A DNA stretch of 64,000 nucleotides from the IMG/VR virus record IMGVR_UViG_3300009425_000015, positions 16,308-80,307 of that record; one strand, written 5' to 3'. Every line of letters starts with the position of its first letter. The stretch's first letter is position 1. Source of the stretch: a virus. This document shows positions 6,614-16,438 of this stretch, in pieces. Under the pieces are notes generated by a model. It did not search any database. It worked only from the letters and a program-made list of their open reading frames with translations, and was not told where the DNA came from. The position numbers and the translations under genes are program-made.

Positions 6614-7352
6614 TGGATATCCCTTTCCCTGCCGGAGCAGCACTAGCTAGTGTGTTGTTACTATCTCGGTATGAGCACAGTGATTCCTTGAGAATTTTAC
6701 ACCATTTCCTCTGGGGCGCAACAGAACCTAGAGCAATGTACTCCGAATAACGTGATGCTACCGAATTGTGAATTTTAGCCTTAGTGAAACTGCTTTTATC
6801 AGTGGCTTTGCCTGCCCAACCCATGTCAAACCCGTCAACTACTGAAAAGTGCGCGGACTTAAACATGCCAGCTATCGCAGATGTCGAGAATGGTGGCAAC
6901 TGAATGTCTTTATCTAACTCGTAGTTGATAAGGACATAGTTGTCAATCTTTCCGCTGCCCTCCGAATGAGATGAGCCAGTCCAGCCATTATCGCTCTGAC
7001 TAGTCTTTACTTCAAAGTATACTACAGACTCTTTATCTAAAACTTTCACGCCAAAGTCGTTTTTTTGTTTCTTTGCGTTGTGAAGTTTAGATACTGTAAC
7101 GAAGCCACTATCGGATAAGACTTTCTTAATAGCATACTCAAACTCATATGCAGCCCTAACAGTCAAGAAAACAGTCTGCTGCCCCTTGTCTTCCTCGACA
7201 TGCTGCACGTAGTCGTTAAGCGTTCGGATCGAAGGCTCAAGTCTACGAAGAGATTTAAAATTATCTCCGACAACATTCTCCACCAAGGCGAGCACGCTAA
7301 TAGCAAATTTCTTCGTCCTCATGAAAGATACTAAATCATCGTATGTCTTCAT
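6594..7352 (-). CDS. putative PD-(D/E)XK endonuclease (restriction enzyme candidate)
   Basis: YEFE helix, NDF...YFEVKTS pattern; 3' end overlaps the MTase start. Confidence 0.5.
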   Translation of the reverse strand: MKTYDDLVSFMRTKKFAISVLALVENVVGDNFKSLRRLEPSIRTLNDYVQHVEEDKGQQTVFLTVRAAYEFEYAIKKVLSDSGFVTVSKLHNAKKQKNDFGVKVLDKESVVYFEVKTSQSDNGWTGSSHSEGSGKIDNYVLINYELDKDIQLPPFSTSAIAGMFKSAHFSVVDGFDMGWAGKATDKSSFTKAKIHNSVASRYSEYIALGSVAPQRKWCKILKESLCSYRDSNNTLASAAPAGKGISNVTIAA

Positions 7353-7581
7353 CTCTAACACTCCCTTTTTTAATTAATTTTGTTATGACGTAAGTCAATA
7401 CTAGTCTATCATTTTCGCAAGACAAGTCAATCTCTCTGAATTCCTTAAGCAGTTGTTCGATATCTCTGAACAGTAACTCTTCTTCACAATGAGAAGTAAT
7501 TGGCACTGGCGTCACATGTGGTGATGGCCAGGAAACTTCCCTATCGGATCCGTATTGTCCTTTACATTTTTGTATAGGCAT
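7336..7581 (-). CDS. hypothetical protein
   Basis: ATG 7581 with GGAG RBS; packed between neighbours. Confidence 0.6.
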   Translation of the reverse strand: MPIQKCKGQYGSDREVSWPSPHVTPVPITSHCEEELLFRDIEQLLKEFREIDLSCENDRLVLTYVITKLIKKGSVRDEDIR

Positions 7582-7582
7582 C

Positions 7583-7789
7583 TTATTCTTCTCCAGTGTG
7601 AGAGCTAATTTCATTGGCTATCATTGTCAGCGCGTCGGCGATGTCAAATGCATCGTCAGGGCTGACATTTATACTAAAATTTGCCCCGATAGCGATGCTC
7701 ATCATACCGTGGTGCTCTAAAATTTCAACCCTTACCACATCACCTTCCTCTGCTGTCACATAGAACGATCTAGAATTGACTTCAAACAA
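7583..7789 (-). CDS. hypothetical protein
   Basis: TTG start with AGGAG RBS. Confidence 0.65.
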   Translation of the reverse strand: MFEVNSRSFYVTAEEGDVVRVEILEHHGMMSIAIGANFSINVSPDDAFDIADALTMIANEISSHTGEE

Positions 7790-7811
7790 TTATTTTCTCC
7801 TACTTTCTTTC

Positions 7812-8375
7812 TCACAAGTGATTGTGTAAACTACTTTCAGACATTCCCTTAAGGGGTATGTATACGTATTCTATTTCTATATATATTATACCTTCGTCTG
7901 AGAAGAGAGAAGCCTCAATCTCAAAATGTGGTATCTTCCAAGTTGTATTGATTTCAGCTACACCTACCCCTATTGCGTAACACTCTGAAGCGAATACAAG
8001 TTCCTCCATGATTGACTCTCGTATAATCTCTCGGAAGCGGGGGGGTCCATACTTCTTTGACATAGCTGACACTATATCTTTATATCTTACTTTGCAATTG
8101 AACTCATTAATACCTACTGGGCCGATGACTAACCATGCTTTGCTTATCTTTGATTTAAAAAATTTAATTATTAATTCAGTTTCATATATCTGCTCGATCT
8201 GCCCTCGGAATCGCATTTCTCCGTATTCCAAGTCTCCCATGATGTATCGATAATTTTTATATTTTTGAAAATTATAATTCAGCTCTTTTGCCCAAGGAAG
8301 ATCCAAAGGAGTAGCTACCACGTTTATCTGTGGGGCTAACATTGATAACAAACATAGGAGCGGAATATATATCAA
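7812..8375 (-). CDS. secreted hypothetical protein
   Basis: N-terminal hydrophobic signal-like segment. Confidence 0.65.
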   Translation of the reverse strand: MIYIPLLCLLSMLAPQINVVATPLDLPWAKELNYNFQKYKNYRYIMGDLEYGEMRFRGQIEQIYETELIIKFFKSKISKAWLVIGPVGINEFNCKVRYKDIVSAMSKKYGPPRFREIIRESIMEELVFASECYAIGVGVAEINTTWKIPHFEIEASLFSDEGIIYIEIEYVYIPLKGMSESSLHNHL

Positions 8376-8433
8376 ACCCTTTCACCAACTGTTTATATAT
8401 AGTAACATATAAAAATCAGACTTGCAAGTTAAT

Positions 8434-8667
8434 TTAAATTTTTTGTCTGGTTTCATAACTCTTCCTATAAGTGTTCATCGCCATCACTAACCTAGCTTGC
8501 AAGTCCGCTATCTCTGGGCGGTGGGGGATATTATTAGGAGACGTCAAATCGATAAAGGATTCTAGCACAGTTTCAATGCCGTACCTCCCAATAATCTTAG
8601 ACATTTCCTGAGAAACCATATCTTTCTGGCTCTCAGGCTTCTGTTCTTCTTCATTTTCGTTACTCAT
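8434..8667 (-). CDS. hypothetical protein
   Basis: AGGAGG RBS; ACTATTTA motif upstream. Confidence 0.7.
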   Translation of the reverse strand: MSNENEEEQKPESQKDMVSQEMSKIIGRYGIETVLESFIDLTSPNNIPHRPEIADLQARLVMAMNTYRKSYETRQKI

Positions 8668-8706
8668 GTGTTTCCTCCTTCCAGCACTGATATATATATA
8701 AATAGT

Positions 8707-8961
8707 TTACTTTTTCCCTATTGTATCTCTTAAAATCCCAACCTCTTTCTGTAGGTTTCTCATTTCAAGTGTCATCATGCGCATTTCCATTACCACTTTC
8801 GACTCCTTTTCCGATTGATATTTTGCAACATCCACCGTTATAGAATTCGACTCCGCAGTTTGACTCATTATCATGAAAGTCACACATGCGAGGCACCCCA
8901 ATAACAAGAAAGCCAGGATGTTTATCCCCTTTGATAATTTAACTGCAACTTCTCTCTTCAC
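8707..8961 (-). CDS. single-TM coiled-coil membrane protein
   Basis: GTGA overlap start; hydrophobic ILAFLLLGCLACVTFMIM then heptad-rich tail. Confidence 0.55.
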   Translation of the reverse strand: MKREVAVKLSKGINILAFLLLGCLACVTFMIMSQTAESNSITVDVAKYQSEKESKVVMEMRMMTLEMRNLQKEVGILRDTIGKK

Positions 8962-9182
8962 AGCCCATAATCCAAATCTGATAGCCAACAAAAGGCATGT
9001 TGGTTTCCGGCTTCCAAGCAATCTTCTGTGCACCTCAAGCCGTGTAATTCTGATTCAGGATTGTGACATAGCCACAGGCTTGGCGTTGCATCGTTTGTCG
9101 AAGAGTCTGTCGTCTCTGAATACAGTACATTCTGCTCTTCACAAGAAACTAACATAAACGCAAACAACCACAAGTATCTCAT
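8958..9182 (-). CDS. small Cys-containing lipoprotein
   Basis: MRYLWLFAFMLVSC lipobox; four further Cys. Confidence 0.65.
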   Translation of the reverse strand: MRYLWLFAFMLVSCEEQNVLYSETTDSSTNDATPSLWLCHNPESELHGLRCTEDCLEAGNQHAFCWLSDLDYGL

Positions 9183-9781
9183 ATATTCTCCTTATGCTGA
9201 ACCACAAAAATAGTCCTATTCGGCATGCCGTTCTTGTCCAGCACTTTAAAAGAATCTATTACTCTGTTTCTCTCGTTCAACAAATTTTCTAATTCTTCTT
9301 TTTCGATACTCAGACAGTCTGCTGAGTTTAATGCAAAATACGCGTCTGTGCACCCATACGACCACTCAATAAAGCATGCGCCGCCTTTTTTTAAAGTACG
9401 CATCCACTGATTCAGGCAATATCTAAAATCATAACTGTGATCTATCGAATTAGAATAAATAAAATCAAACTTTCCTACCCACCCTTCTTTAATATCATGA
9501 AAGTCCCACTGAAGTACGTTTGCAAACCTACTTGCAGTTTCAGAAATTTCCGTACCTATTATGTCAGCTTCAAGTAAATTTCGAAACCTCTCAACTTCAA
9601 ATCCGTTTCTGACGCCATGGCACACTCCACTTTCAACTTCCATATCGGAATTCTTAATCCATTCAACTATCGAATCTATCTCCCTTTCGGATATCCAAAC
9701 TCTTTCTAGTTTTCTTTTATTCGTATTTGTCTGTGCGTCAACATATTCATCATAATTTTCCCATGGACGATTATATTTCAT
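9179..9781 (-). CDS. class I SAM-dependent methyltransferase
   Basis: CHGVRNG, GTEIS, DFH, FDFIYSNSIDH, LKKGG motifs. Confidence 0.75.
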   Translation of the reverse strand: MKYNRPWENYDEYVDAQTNTNKRKLERVWISEREIDSIVEWIKNSDMEVESGVCHGVRNGFEVERFRNLLEADIIGTEISETASRFANVLQWDFHDIKEGWVGKFDFIYSNSIDHSYDFRYCLNQWMRTLKKGGACFIEWSYGCTDAYFALNSADCLSIEKEELENLLNERNRVIDSFKVLDKNGMPNRTIFVVQHKENI

Positions 9782-9795
9782 TGCTATTCCTTCCT

Positions 9796-10032
9796 TTATT
9801 CAAAGTCTGTCGGAGATGGATCCACCACTAACAGACTTCCACTGTTGTATGCGCTCTCATTATAGCACGAGTACCCATACTTCTTCACAACTTCCTCGGT
9901 TATTTGCTTCATTTTTTTAGAATTGCCAGTTATAATACGGCAAGGCAATTCTGCCCAGTTTAAAAAACAGCTGATTTTCTCTACCGCAGCAGAGTGTCGT
10001 ATGTTATGTAAATCCAAAATCTGAAGAGCCAC
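9796..10032 (-). CDS. stand-alone Smr-domain protein
   Basis: LDLHN, IITGNS, NSGSLLV match the Smr DLHG / ITGKG / NxGA motifs. Confidence 0.75.
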   Translation of the reverse strand: MALQILDLHNIRHSAAVEKISCFLNWAELPCRIITGNSKKMKQITEEVVKKYGYSCYNESAYNSGSLLVVDPSPTDFE

Positions 10033-10044
10033 GTGACACCTACT

Positions 10045-10686
10045 TTAACATACTTCTCTGGCTAAATCTAACTCTTCAAGCAGAGTGTACGTGAAAGAGT
10101 TACCCCATACGTCGGCGGCACGATTACAAGTGTCCATGAACTCATAAAAGTCTTTACTACTTTGGAATACTTGACAGCCTGCAGATACCCCACCTGTATA
10201 CTCCCTTTCGTCAGATCCCCATTGACGATGAATATTGATGCCGTACCATCCCTCGTCCTCTGCGCCGACATAGTCAGGGGTAGAATCTCTATTATTGTCC
10301 CTCCAAACCTTAACCTTCGAACCTCTCTGCACAAGGGCTGTGTACTTCCGCTTGCCGCCGTGAGTTCCTATTCTATATGTCGAACGATACTGATCAGGTA
10401 CTAATATCGCAGTACCCTTGCTCTGAACGCTGGCTAGCGGTTTTCTCAGGATACTGATACCTGGTTCAGTTGTCGCAGGATAAATATCACAAACCCAGGA
10501 ATCATCCACCTTGTACAGAATGTTAATAAAGTCGTCGAAGCGTGATGCACTCCCCGACTTATTTCTCACGCCGACGATATTCAAGTTATAATCCCCATTC
10601 TTAAAGAATGAATAACCCTTGCTCTCCATAGCTGCCGCATAACTTTTCGCCAGAAGCTTCGCTTGTAATCCGATTATCTTTGCCAT
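10045..10686 (-). CDS. YkuD/L,D-transpeptidase-like peptidoglycan enzyme (candidate lysin)
   Basis: GINIH...SAGCQV catalytic His/Cys signature; NIVGVR and TTEPG motifs. Confidence 0.7.
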   Translation of the reverse strand: MAKIIGLQAKLLAKSYAAAMESKGYSFFKNGDYNLNIVGVRNKSGSASRFDDFINILYKVDDSWVCDIYPATTEPGISILRKPLASVQSKGTAILVPDQYRSTYRIGTHGGKRKYTALVQRGSKVKVWRDNNRDSTPDYVGAEDEGWYGINIHRQWGSDEREYTGGVSAGCQVFQSSKDFYEFMDTCNRAADVWGNSFTYTLLEELDLAREVC

Positions 10687-10709
10687 TTCTCAATGCTCCT
10701 ATTTGTCGA

Positions 10710-12590
10710 CTATGCTTCTTCAAACTCTGCATCAATGATATCGTCATCTTGCGAGTCTTGAGTTTGTTCTTCTGCTGGCTCTGCTTGTTGTGCTGCCTCA
10801 TACATTTTCTGGGTTGTCGACTGAACTAAGGCAGTAAGAGAGTCAAACTCCGAATTAATTTCAGACGGGTTATCTGAACCCTGAAGTGCAGCCTTCGCAG
10901 AAGCTATCGCTGTTTCCATTTTTTCGATGGAGCCAGCTTCAAGCTTTTCAGAATTTTCATCCATGAGTTTGCGGGTTTGAAATACTAGGGACTCCAGAGA
11001 ATTCCTCTTTTCTACGTTCTCTCTTTTTTGTTTGTCTTCCTCCGCGTAGCGCTTGGCGTCCTCTACCATGCGCTCGATGTCTTCTGCGGACATCGATCCT
11101 GATCCCTGTATCTTTATCGACTGCTCTTTGGAAGTTGCCTTGTCCTTAGCAGAAACGCTAACAATGCCATTTGCATCGATATCGAAAGTTACTTCTATCT
11201 GAGGCACTCCGCGGGGTGCGGGTGGAATTCCATCCAGTTTAAAGACACCGAGCCTCTTGTTGTCTGCCGAAAACTCCCTCTCCCCTTGCAAAACCTTAAT
11301 GTCGACTGCTGGTTGGTTGTTCTCCGCAGTAGTGAATACCTGAGACTTCGAGCATGGAATAGTGGAATTCCTCTCTATCAGTCTTGTCATGACGCCGCCC
11401 ATGGTTTCTAAGCCTAGGGATAGGGGGGTGACGTCCAATAAGAGAATGTCTTTCACCTCTCCCGAAAAAACTCCTCCCTGTACCGCTGCGCCTAGGGCAA
11501 CAACTTCGTCTGGATTCACCGATGAACTGGCGCTTTTTTCAAATAATTTCTCAACCGCCTGACGGACTAAAGGTATCCTAGTTGAACCTCCGACGAGCAA
11601 GACTTCATCAATATCCTTGATAGAAGCTGACGCATCCTTCATTGCTTTTCGCACTGGATCTAGAGTCTTTTCTACCAGCTCATCTATCATTTGTTCAAAC
11701 GTCGATCGAGTGAGAGAAACGTTCATATGCTTAGGGCCCGACGCATCAGCTGTCAGAAATGGCAGATTTATATCTGTCTGTTGCGCGCTTGATAGTTCAA
11801 TCTTTGCCTTCTCTGAAGCCTCTTTAAGCCTTTGCAACACCATCGGATCTCCAGATATGTCAACTCCCGTCTCCTTCTTGAATTCGCTCACAAGCCAATC
11901 AATTAAAATTTTATCAATATCGTCGCCGCCCAAATGAGTATCCCCGTTTGTACTCAACACTTCCACAACTCCGTCTGCGATGTCTAATATAGAAACATCG
12001 AACGTTCCTCCACCGAGATCATACACGGCTATCTTGCGCTCTTTTCCCTTGTCAAAGCCGCATGCCAGAGCTGCTGCAGTAGGTTCGTTGATAATTCTCC
12101 TGACTTCCAGGCCTGCTATCTTTCCAGCATCCCTAGTTGCCTGACGCTGAGAGTCGCTGAAGTATGCCGGGACTGTTATAACAGCCTCTCTGACTTCTTC
12201 CCCCAAGAAACTTTCCGCTGCTGCTTTGAGTTTTAAGAGCACTTGTGCGCTGATTTCCTGAGGGGCGTGCAACTTCTCGCTAGCTAGAACTTCACACATT
12301 CCAGAAGAAGACTTCTTCACCGAGTAGGGCATGGACTCTGCTTCGGCTGATATGTCATCGTACTTCATACCCATAAATCTCTTTACTGAAAAAATGGTAT
12401 TTTGCGGGTTCGTGACTGCCTGCCTTCTGGCTGGACTGCCCACTAGCCTATCTCCTAATTTCGTATATGCAACCACTGACGGGGTTGTCCTCGCCCCCTC
12501 TTCGTTTGTAATTATCTGGGGAGTTCCAGACTCCATGACTGAAACGACACTGTTCGTTGTTCCTAAATCTATTCCTATAACCTTTGACAT
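10710..12590 (-). CDS. dnaK: Hsp70 chaperone DnaK
   Basis: [31 protein letters not shown]; DAEFEE C-terminus. Confidence 0.98.
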   Translation of the reverse strand: MSKVIGIDLGTTNSVVSVMESGTPQIITNEEGARTTPSVVAYTKLGDRLVGSPARRQAVTNPQNTIFSVKRFMGMKYDDISAEAESMPYSVKKSSSGMCEVLASEKLHAPQEISAQVLLKLKAAAESFLGEEVREAVITVPAYFSDSQRQATRDAGKIAGLEVRRIINEPTAAALACGFDKGKERKIAVYDLGGGTFDVSILDIADGVVEVLSTNGDTHLGGDDIDKILIDWLVSEFKKETGVDISGDPMVLQRLKEASEKAKIELSSAQQTDINLPFLTADASGPKHMNVSLTRSTFEQMIDELVEKTLDPVRKAMKDASASIKDIDEVLLVGGSTRIPLVRQAVEKLFEKSASSSVNPDEVVALGAAVQGGVFSGEVKDILLLDVTPLSLGLETMGGVMTRLIERNSTIPCSKSQVFTTAENNQPAVDIKVLQGEREFSADNKRLGVFKLDGIPPAPRGVPQIEVTFDIDANGIVSVSAKDKATSKEQSIKIQGSGSMSAEDIERMVEDAKRYAEEDKQKRENVEKRNSLESLVFQTRKLMDENSEKLEAGSIEKMETAIASAKAALQGSDNPSEINSEFDSLTALVQSTTQKMYEAAQQAEPAEEQTQDSQDDDIIDAEFEEA

Positions 12591-12650
12591 GAAATTCTCC
12601 TTTTCACCTTAGTCCTCTTAAATATAAACACATTTTTTACCTATGCAACC

Positions 12651-12678
12651 ATTATAGCATAAATAATTGCAAAATCAA
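12651..12678 (-). promoter_or_regulatory. sigma70-type promoter for dnaK (TTGATT-N16-TATAAT, extended -10)
   Basis: TGC TATAAT with TTGATT upstream. Confidence 0.5.
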
Positions 12679-12697
12679 GACAATTTTTTAATTATTT

Positions 12698-12967
12698 TTA
12701 ATCCAAGGCAACAAACTTTATCAACCAGTTAACCGACACCCACCCTTTATACGGGCCCGTTTGCTTCGAGAACGCCTTCTCGAAGTGAGAAGAATATTCT
12801 GTTCCCGGCATCATATGCACGAGCGCTGCATGCTTGCCACTACTTAAGCCTTTATCATTCTTTTTCACTTCCAGAACAACACCCACCCACTCCTTACCAT
12901 ACAATATATGATACACTAAGTCACCTGGCTGAAACTCCTCTTCCTTTTTCCACATTCTCTGCAGCAT
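12698..12967 (-). CDS. dispersed xxGDLV SH3/KOW-like protein
   Basis: FQPGDLVYH...VGVVLEV...WV...WL. Confidence 0.65.
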   Translation of the reverse strand: MLQRMWKKEEEFQPGDLVYHILYGKEWVGVVLEVKKNDKGLSSGKHAALVHMMPGTEYSSHFEKAFSKQTGPYKGWVSVNWLIKFVALD

Positions 12968-13195
12968 CCGTTGGTATCTCAGTCTGGAGTGTATTTAATC
13001 CGTCGTCAAACCAAACCAAATAACACAAACATATCCAAGCGGCGAGCCAAAGCACTAGTACCGCCTTCATAAACTTATCATTCACAACTAATTATGCTCC
13101 AGCTACGAGAATCTTTCCCATTTTGAATATCGAACTTTTCTTTTGCGCAAAACATTACTATAGTCAACAATACGGCGAGGGCCCCCAGTTTAATA

Positions 13196-13807
13196 TTATA
13201 ACTTTTCATCTACGTCATATGGTATGATATTAACTATCTGAACTAGCCTTGAGATATATGAAGACGCAATGTCTTCTCTGTTTCTGTCTCGAGCCTCTGA
13301 TATTCGCCACCTAATAGCTTCGAATGTCATGCCACAATTTATATAAAATTGGTATGCCTCAAAAACAACCCTCGCCATTGAAGCATTTATAGATCTGCCA
13401 TATGCCCTAAACGTCATGGCGCTACCGTTACTACTGCACGTCTCTAAGATGACTAAAGCTTTAGCATCAGCCCCTGATGGCGTCTTTCTTGTGCCAACAT
13501 CAGCCTTAACTGAAAACCCTGAGAATGTCAGATTCCTTAAAAGGGGAAACTCCTCCACGTATTCTGACATAAGTGCCCCAAACAGTGAATTCACTGCCCC
13601 TTCTGACGTGTTTCTGATTTTTTTTTCTTTCTTTTTGTGCACGCCGCGCCTTTCTTCATATGAGCATGCAACCTCCGTCACGCCGGAATATTCTTTGATA
13701 CTGATACCTTTAAACGAAAAATCTATTAGATTTTTATCAGATATGTCTGATATTATCTTTTCAACATGGTGCCTTCTTGTTTCCTCTGGACGCAAGATGT
13801 CTCCCAT
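13196..13807 (-). CDS. protein resembling the isopropylmalate synthase (LeuA) allosteric domain
   Basis: EGAVNSLF...FSVKA...ADAKALV...GRSINAS recalls GxGPvdA...ysv.a...daeA.v...diveAs. Confidence 0.5.
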   Translation of the reverse strand: MGDILRPEETRRHHVEKIISDISDKNLIDFSFKGISIKEYSGVTEVACSYEERRGVHKKKEKKIRNTSEGAVNSLFGALMSEYVEEFPLLRNLTFSGFSVKADVGTRKTPSGADAKALVILETCSSNGSAMTFRAYGRSINASMARVVFEAYQFYINCGMTFEAIRWRISEARDRNREDIASSYISRLVQIVNIIPYDVDEKL

Positions 13808-14188
13808 CTATTCTACTCTTTCTAACGAAGTTGAAACCTTAAAGATGTTGCTTACGCCTTTAAGCCTCTGGACGTCCCTCAGTATCCTTTTCTTGACATC
13901 CTCTGGTGCTCGAAACTCGCCTGGCACACTAGGTATAAATTTAATACTTACGCCCGCTACGTACCTCATCTCCCCTAAACGCTGGTTAGCTATAACCACG
14001 GTGACAATAGTGACATTCGCTAGCGCTCGCAAGTCGGCAAGTATGTCATCTAGCCCTCTCTGAGTGGTGCTGTCGGACTCAATAGTGTAACCCAACATGC
14101 AGTAAAACTTGTATATACCCCTTTGGCGAGATCTACCTTTCTCTTCAGATATCTCTGAAAAATAATTCTGTATTTCTTTGCGCAACAT
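13808..14188 (-). CDS. hypothetical protein (late-motif preceded)
   Basis: AGGAG RBS; ACTAATTAGT upstream. Confidence 0.7.
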   Translation of the reverse strand: MLRKEIQNYFSEISEEKGRSRQRGIYKFYCMLGYTIESDSTTQRGLDDILADLRALANVTIVTVVIANQRLGEMRYVAGVSIKFIPSVPGEFRAPEDVKKRILRDVQRLKGVSNIFKVSTSLERVE

Positions 14189-14278
14189 ATAGTGCTCCTA
14201 TTCTATACTAATTAGTAAAACAAAAACAAAAGGCTGCACGTTTGTGTCACCTTTTTCTGAGGTGTCATTCTAACATAA

Positions 14279-14632
14279 TCACGTAAATATCTGAATAACA
14301 ACAATCAGCAAAGATAATGCTACACACGATAAAGTTTTAGCTGTCATCATACTCTCTTTTAGGAATACGCTAGTAAGTATCGGGAACGTAACATAGGAAA
14401 GCCCGAAGCTCATAAACCTCGCCGACCAAACAGATTTACCGAGCCCCTCTGCAGTGAACCTCCATGCATACCAAAATGATAAGCCGCATGGAATGCCCAA
14501 CAGAACCACAGTTAGCAAGCCCTTGTCTTTCCACCAGTCATTAATGAACTGAAGATTCAGCTGAAACCAGCTTACTGTCTGAGCCAATAAGAACAGTCCT
14601 GCTCCAATTATTATCTTTTCCTGCGACGTCAT
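14279..14632 (-). CDS. 4-TM membrane protein (DMT/EamA-like)
   Basis: Four hydrophobic helices; FLKE before the last helix. Confidence 0.55.
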   Translation of the reverse strand: MTSQEKIIIGAGLFLLAQTVSWFQLNLQFINDWWKDKGLLTVVLLGIPCGLSFWYAWRFTAEGLGKSVWSARFMSFGLSYVTFPILTSVFLKESMMTAKTLSCVALSLLIVVIQIFT

Positions 14633-14985
14633 TATTGAGTCTCCAGGCTTATACCAGCCTTAAGTAGTTCCGATCGGTTGACATTTAGCATCGCTGTTAT
14701 TTTAGATAGCCCCAACACAACTTCTACATCAACTTCGTAGTGGGTCTTCCCTGGTTCTGGAACAAAGTGTATCTCCAGCATCTCTCTGAAGGCGTGAGCC
14801 TCTAGCAGGATTTCGTGTACTCGGCTTGACACCTCTCTGCTGTGCAAGACGTTTCTAGTTGTGTAGTGATCAGCCAGTAGGGCATCGGCTCGTAAGGATA
14901 AGCTCTGTGCTTCTACAAAGAACCTCCTTACCTCAGTGGCTGTAAATGCTAGTCTTTTTTTAGGCTTTGGTTTATCTTCCGACAT
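14632..14985 (-). CDS. hypothetical protein
   Basis: ORF track; TAATG coupling. Confidence 0.7.
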   Translation of the reverse strand: MSEDKPKPKKRLAFTATEVRRFFVEAQSLSLRADALLADHYTTRNVLHSREVSSRVHEILLEAHAFREMLEIHFVPEPGKTHYEVDVEVVLGLSKITAMLNVNRSELLKAGISLETQ

Positions 14986-14987
14986 GC

Positions 14988-15383
14988 TTAAATCCTCTTC
15001 CCTTTGCCCCAGAAGAAAGCGCTCTTCCTTGCCCGTGTGATAAGAAGGGCAGATATATATTTCTTACCGCGGGACTCCATTAAGCTAGCCTTGTGCAGCT
15101 CAAAGAGCCCATACTTTGGATATCTTTGCCTTTTGCCATACTTTTGCCTGGGCGGCGGTTTATTTAAGTAAGCCACGCAAGCTGCAGCCAACTCTTCGAT
15201 GGTTGCGTCTACCATGTCTCCGTCGTTGACGCGTATCTTTACTGCAACAACCCACTTTTTGGCGCCATACCCTGAGATTTCCCAGAAATTGCTGCCGTGG
15301 TATCTTCCGAATCTGACAGGGGACAACTTTGACGATGTTGAATATTCCCTTACTGGCTGTAAGTCACACTCCACCTCATACAT
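14988..15383 (-). CDS. basic hypothetical protein
   Basis: ORF track; AGGAG RBS. Confidence 0.7.
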   Translation of the reverse strand: MYEVECDLQPVREYSTSSKLSPVRFGRYHGSNFWEISGYGAKKWVVAVKIRVNDGDMVDATIEELAAACVAYLNKPPPRQKYGKRQRYPKYGLFELHKASLMESRGKKYISALLITRARKSAFFWGKGKRI

Positions 15384-15636
15384 TTTGTTCTCCTATTTCT
15401 TTTTCCACGTCCGAGAAGCCTCCGACTAGTCGTGTGGCCCCGGTTAAAAGGTTGTTCTCCAGTATGATAGGTATTGTTCCCCAGCTATAATACCTTTTTG
15501 CCTCCTCTATACCTTCAACATCTTCCTCCATGTTCAAGAATACATATTTTATATCCAGCGACGTGAGCAAGTCTTCCGCTTTTCTGCAATAATTGCATGA
15601 TGGTGTGCCATAAATTATGTATCTTGAATTACCCAT
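15376..15636 (-). CDS. glutaredoxin
   Basis: CNYC active site, TIP cis-Pro, VGGFSD. Confidence 0.9.
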   Translation of the reverse strand: MGNSRYIIYGTPSCNYCRKAEDLLTSLDIKYVFLNMEEDVEGIEEAKRYYSWGTIPIILENNLLTGATRLVGGFSDVEKEIGEQNV

Positions 15637-15937
15637 GTAGAATCACCTTCTTCGAAGAGAGGGAGAGACTCTCGCTCACCTCGTTCAGAGATCCAACGAC
15701 TGTAATCTCTGTATGATAATTGGAGTGACTACTGGTGAACATAATTGTACAAAAAGCTCGGTTCTCTCCTATCGTCGATGTGCTCTCAAATATCGCCGTA
15801 TTCAGCTTCTTGTTCTCTCGAAGAAACGCAACATGCTCTGAGTTGACAAGTATCTCCCTTGTTCTATACAACATTTTCGATGCCGGATTCTCTAAACTAG
15901 TAGATTCCCTGTATACTTCTTTTAACTTAACTATCAT
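15629..15937 (-). CDS. hypothetical protein (weak FlbD-like pattern)
   Basis: ILVNSEHVAFLRE...VVGSLNEV. Confidence 0.55.
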   Translation of the reverse strand: MIVKLKEVYRESTSLENPASKMLYRTREILVNSEHVAFLRENKKLNTAIFESTSTIGENRAFCTIMFTSSHSNYHTEITVVGSLNEVSESLSLSSKKVILHG

Positions 15938-16155
15938 TTCCTATCTCCTTCGATTAAGAAAGCATTGCTTTTCATAACTAACCACGGGACACCGTCACAG
16001 AGAACTTTGTATATATCTCCAAAATCCCCCAACACCAACACCACTCGCGGTGTATGCAATTTCTTATACGCTGATGGGGAATTCTCATGATTCTGCATCA
16101 GCGTTTCCGATGGTAGGTATACCAAGCTATTCTTCAATGCTTTCCTGGTTTTCAT
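15934..16155 (-). CDS. hypothetical protein
   Basis: ORF track; overlaps both neighbours. Confidence 0.6.
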   Translation of the reverse strand: MKTRKALKNSLVYLPSETLMQNHENSPSAYKKLHTPRVVLVLGDFGDIYKVLCDGVPWLVMKSNAFLIEGDRK

Positions 16156-16438
16156 GATTATTTATCTTTTCGACAAGACTGTTAGCTAGCGCCGAGTTGT
16201 AGCTGGCAACAATTGCTAAACAATCGCTGATCAGCAAGTCTGCATGCACCATCTTGTCTCTAGCTTCGCTAAGCTTAATGTAGAATTCTTCTGGCGTTTG
16301 TTTATTCTCGAATTCTGACGCGGCGTCTGCTAAATCCTTAGAAGAAAGTCTCGAATACGAAACTGCCTTATCTAAAAGTCTCGCTACTTCTTCTGGGATA
16401 TCATCCATATCTACTGTATATTGTAATTTTACTTTCAA
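16127..16438 (-). CDS. hypothetical protein
   Basis: TTGA overlap start with GGGAG RBS. Confidence 0.65.
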   Translation of the reverse strand: MKVKLQYTVDMDDIPEEVARLLDKAVSYSRLSSKDLADAASEFENKQTPEEFYIKLSEARDKMVHADLLISDCLAIVASYNSALANSLVEKINNHENQESIEE

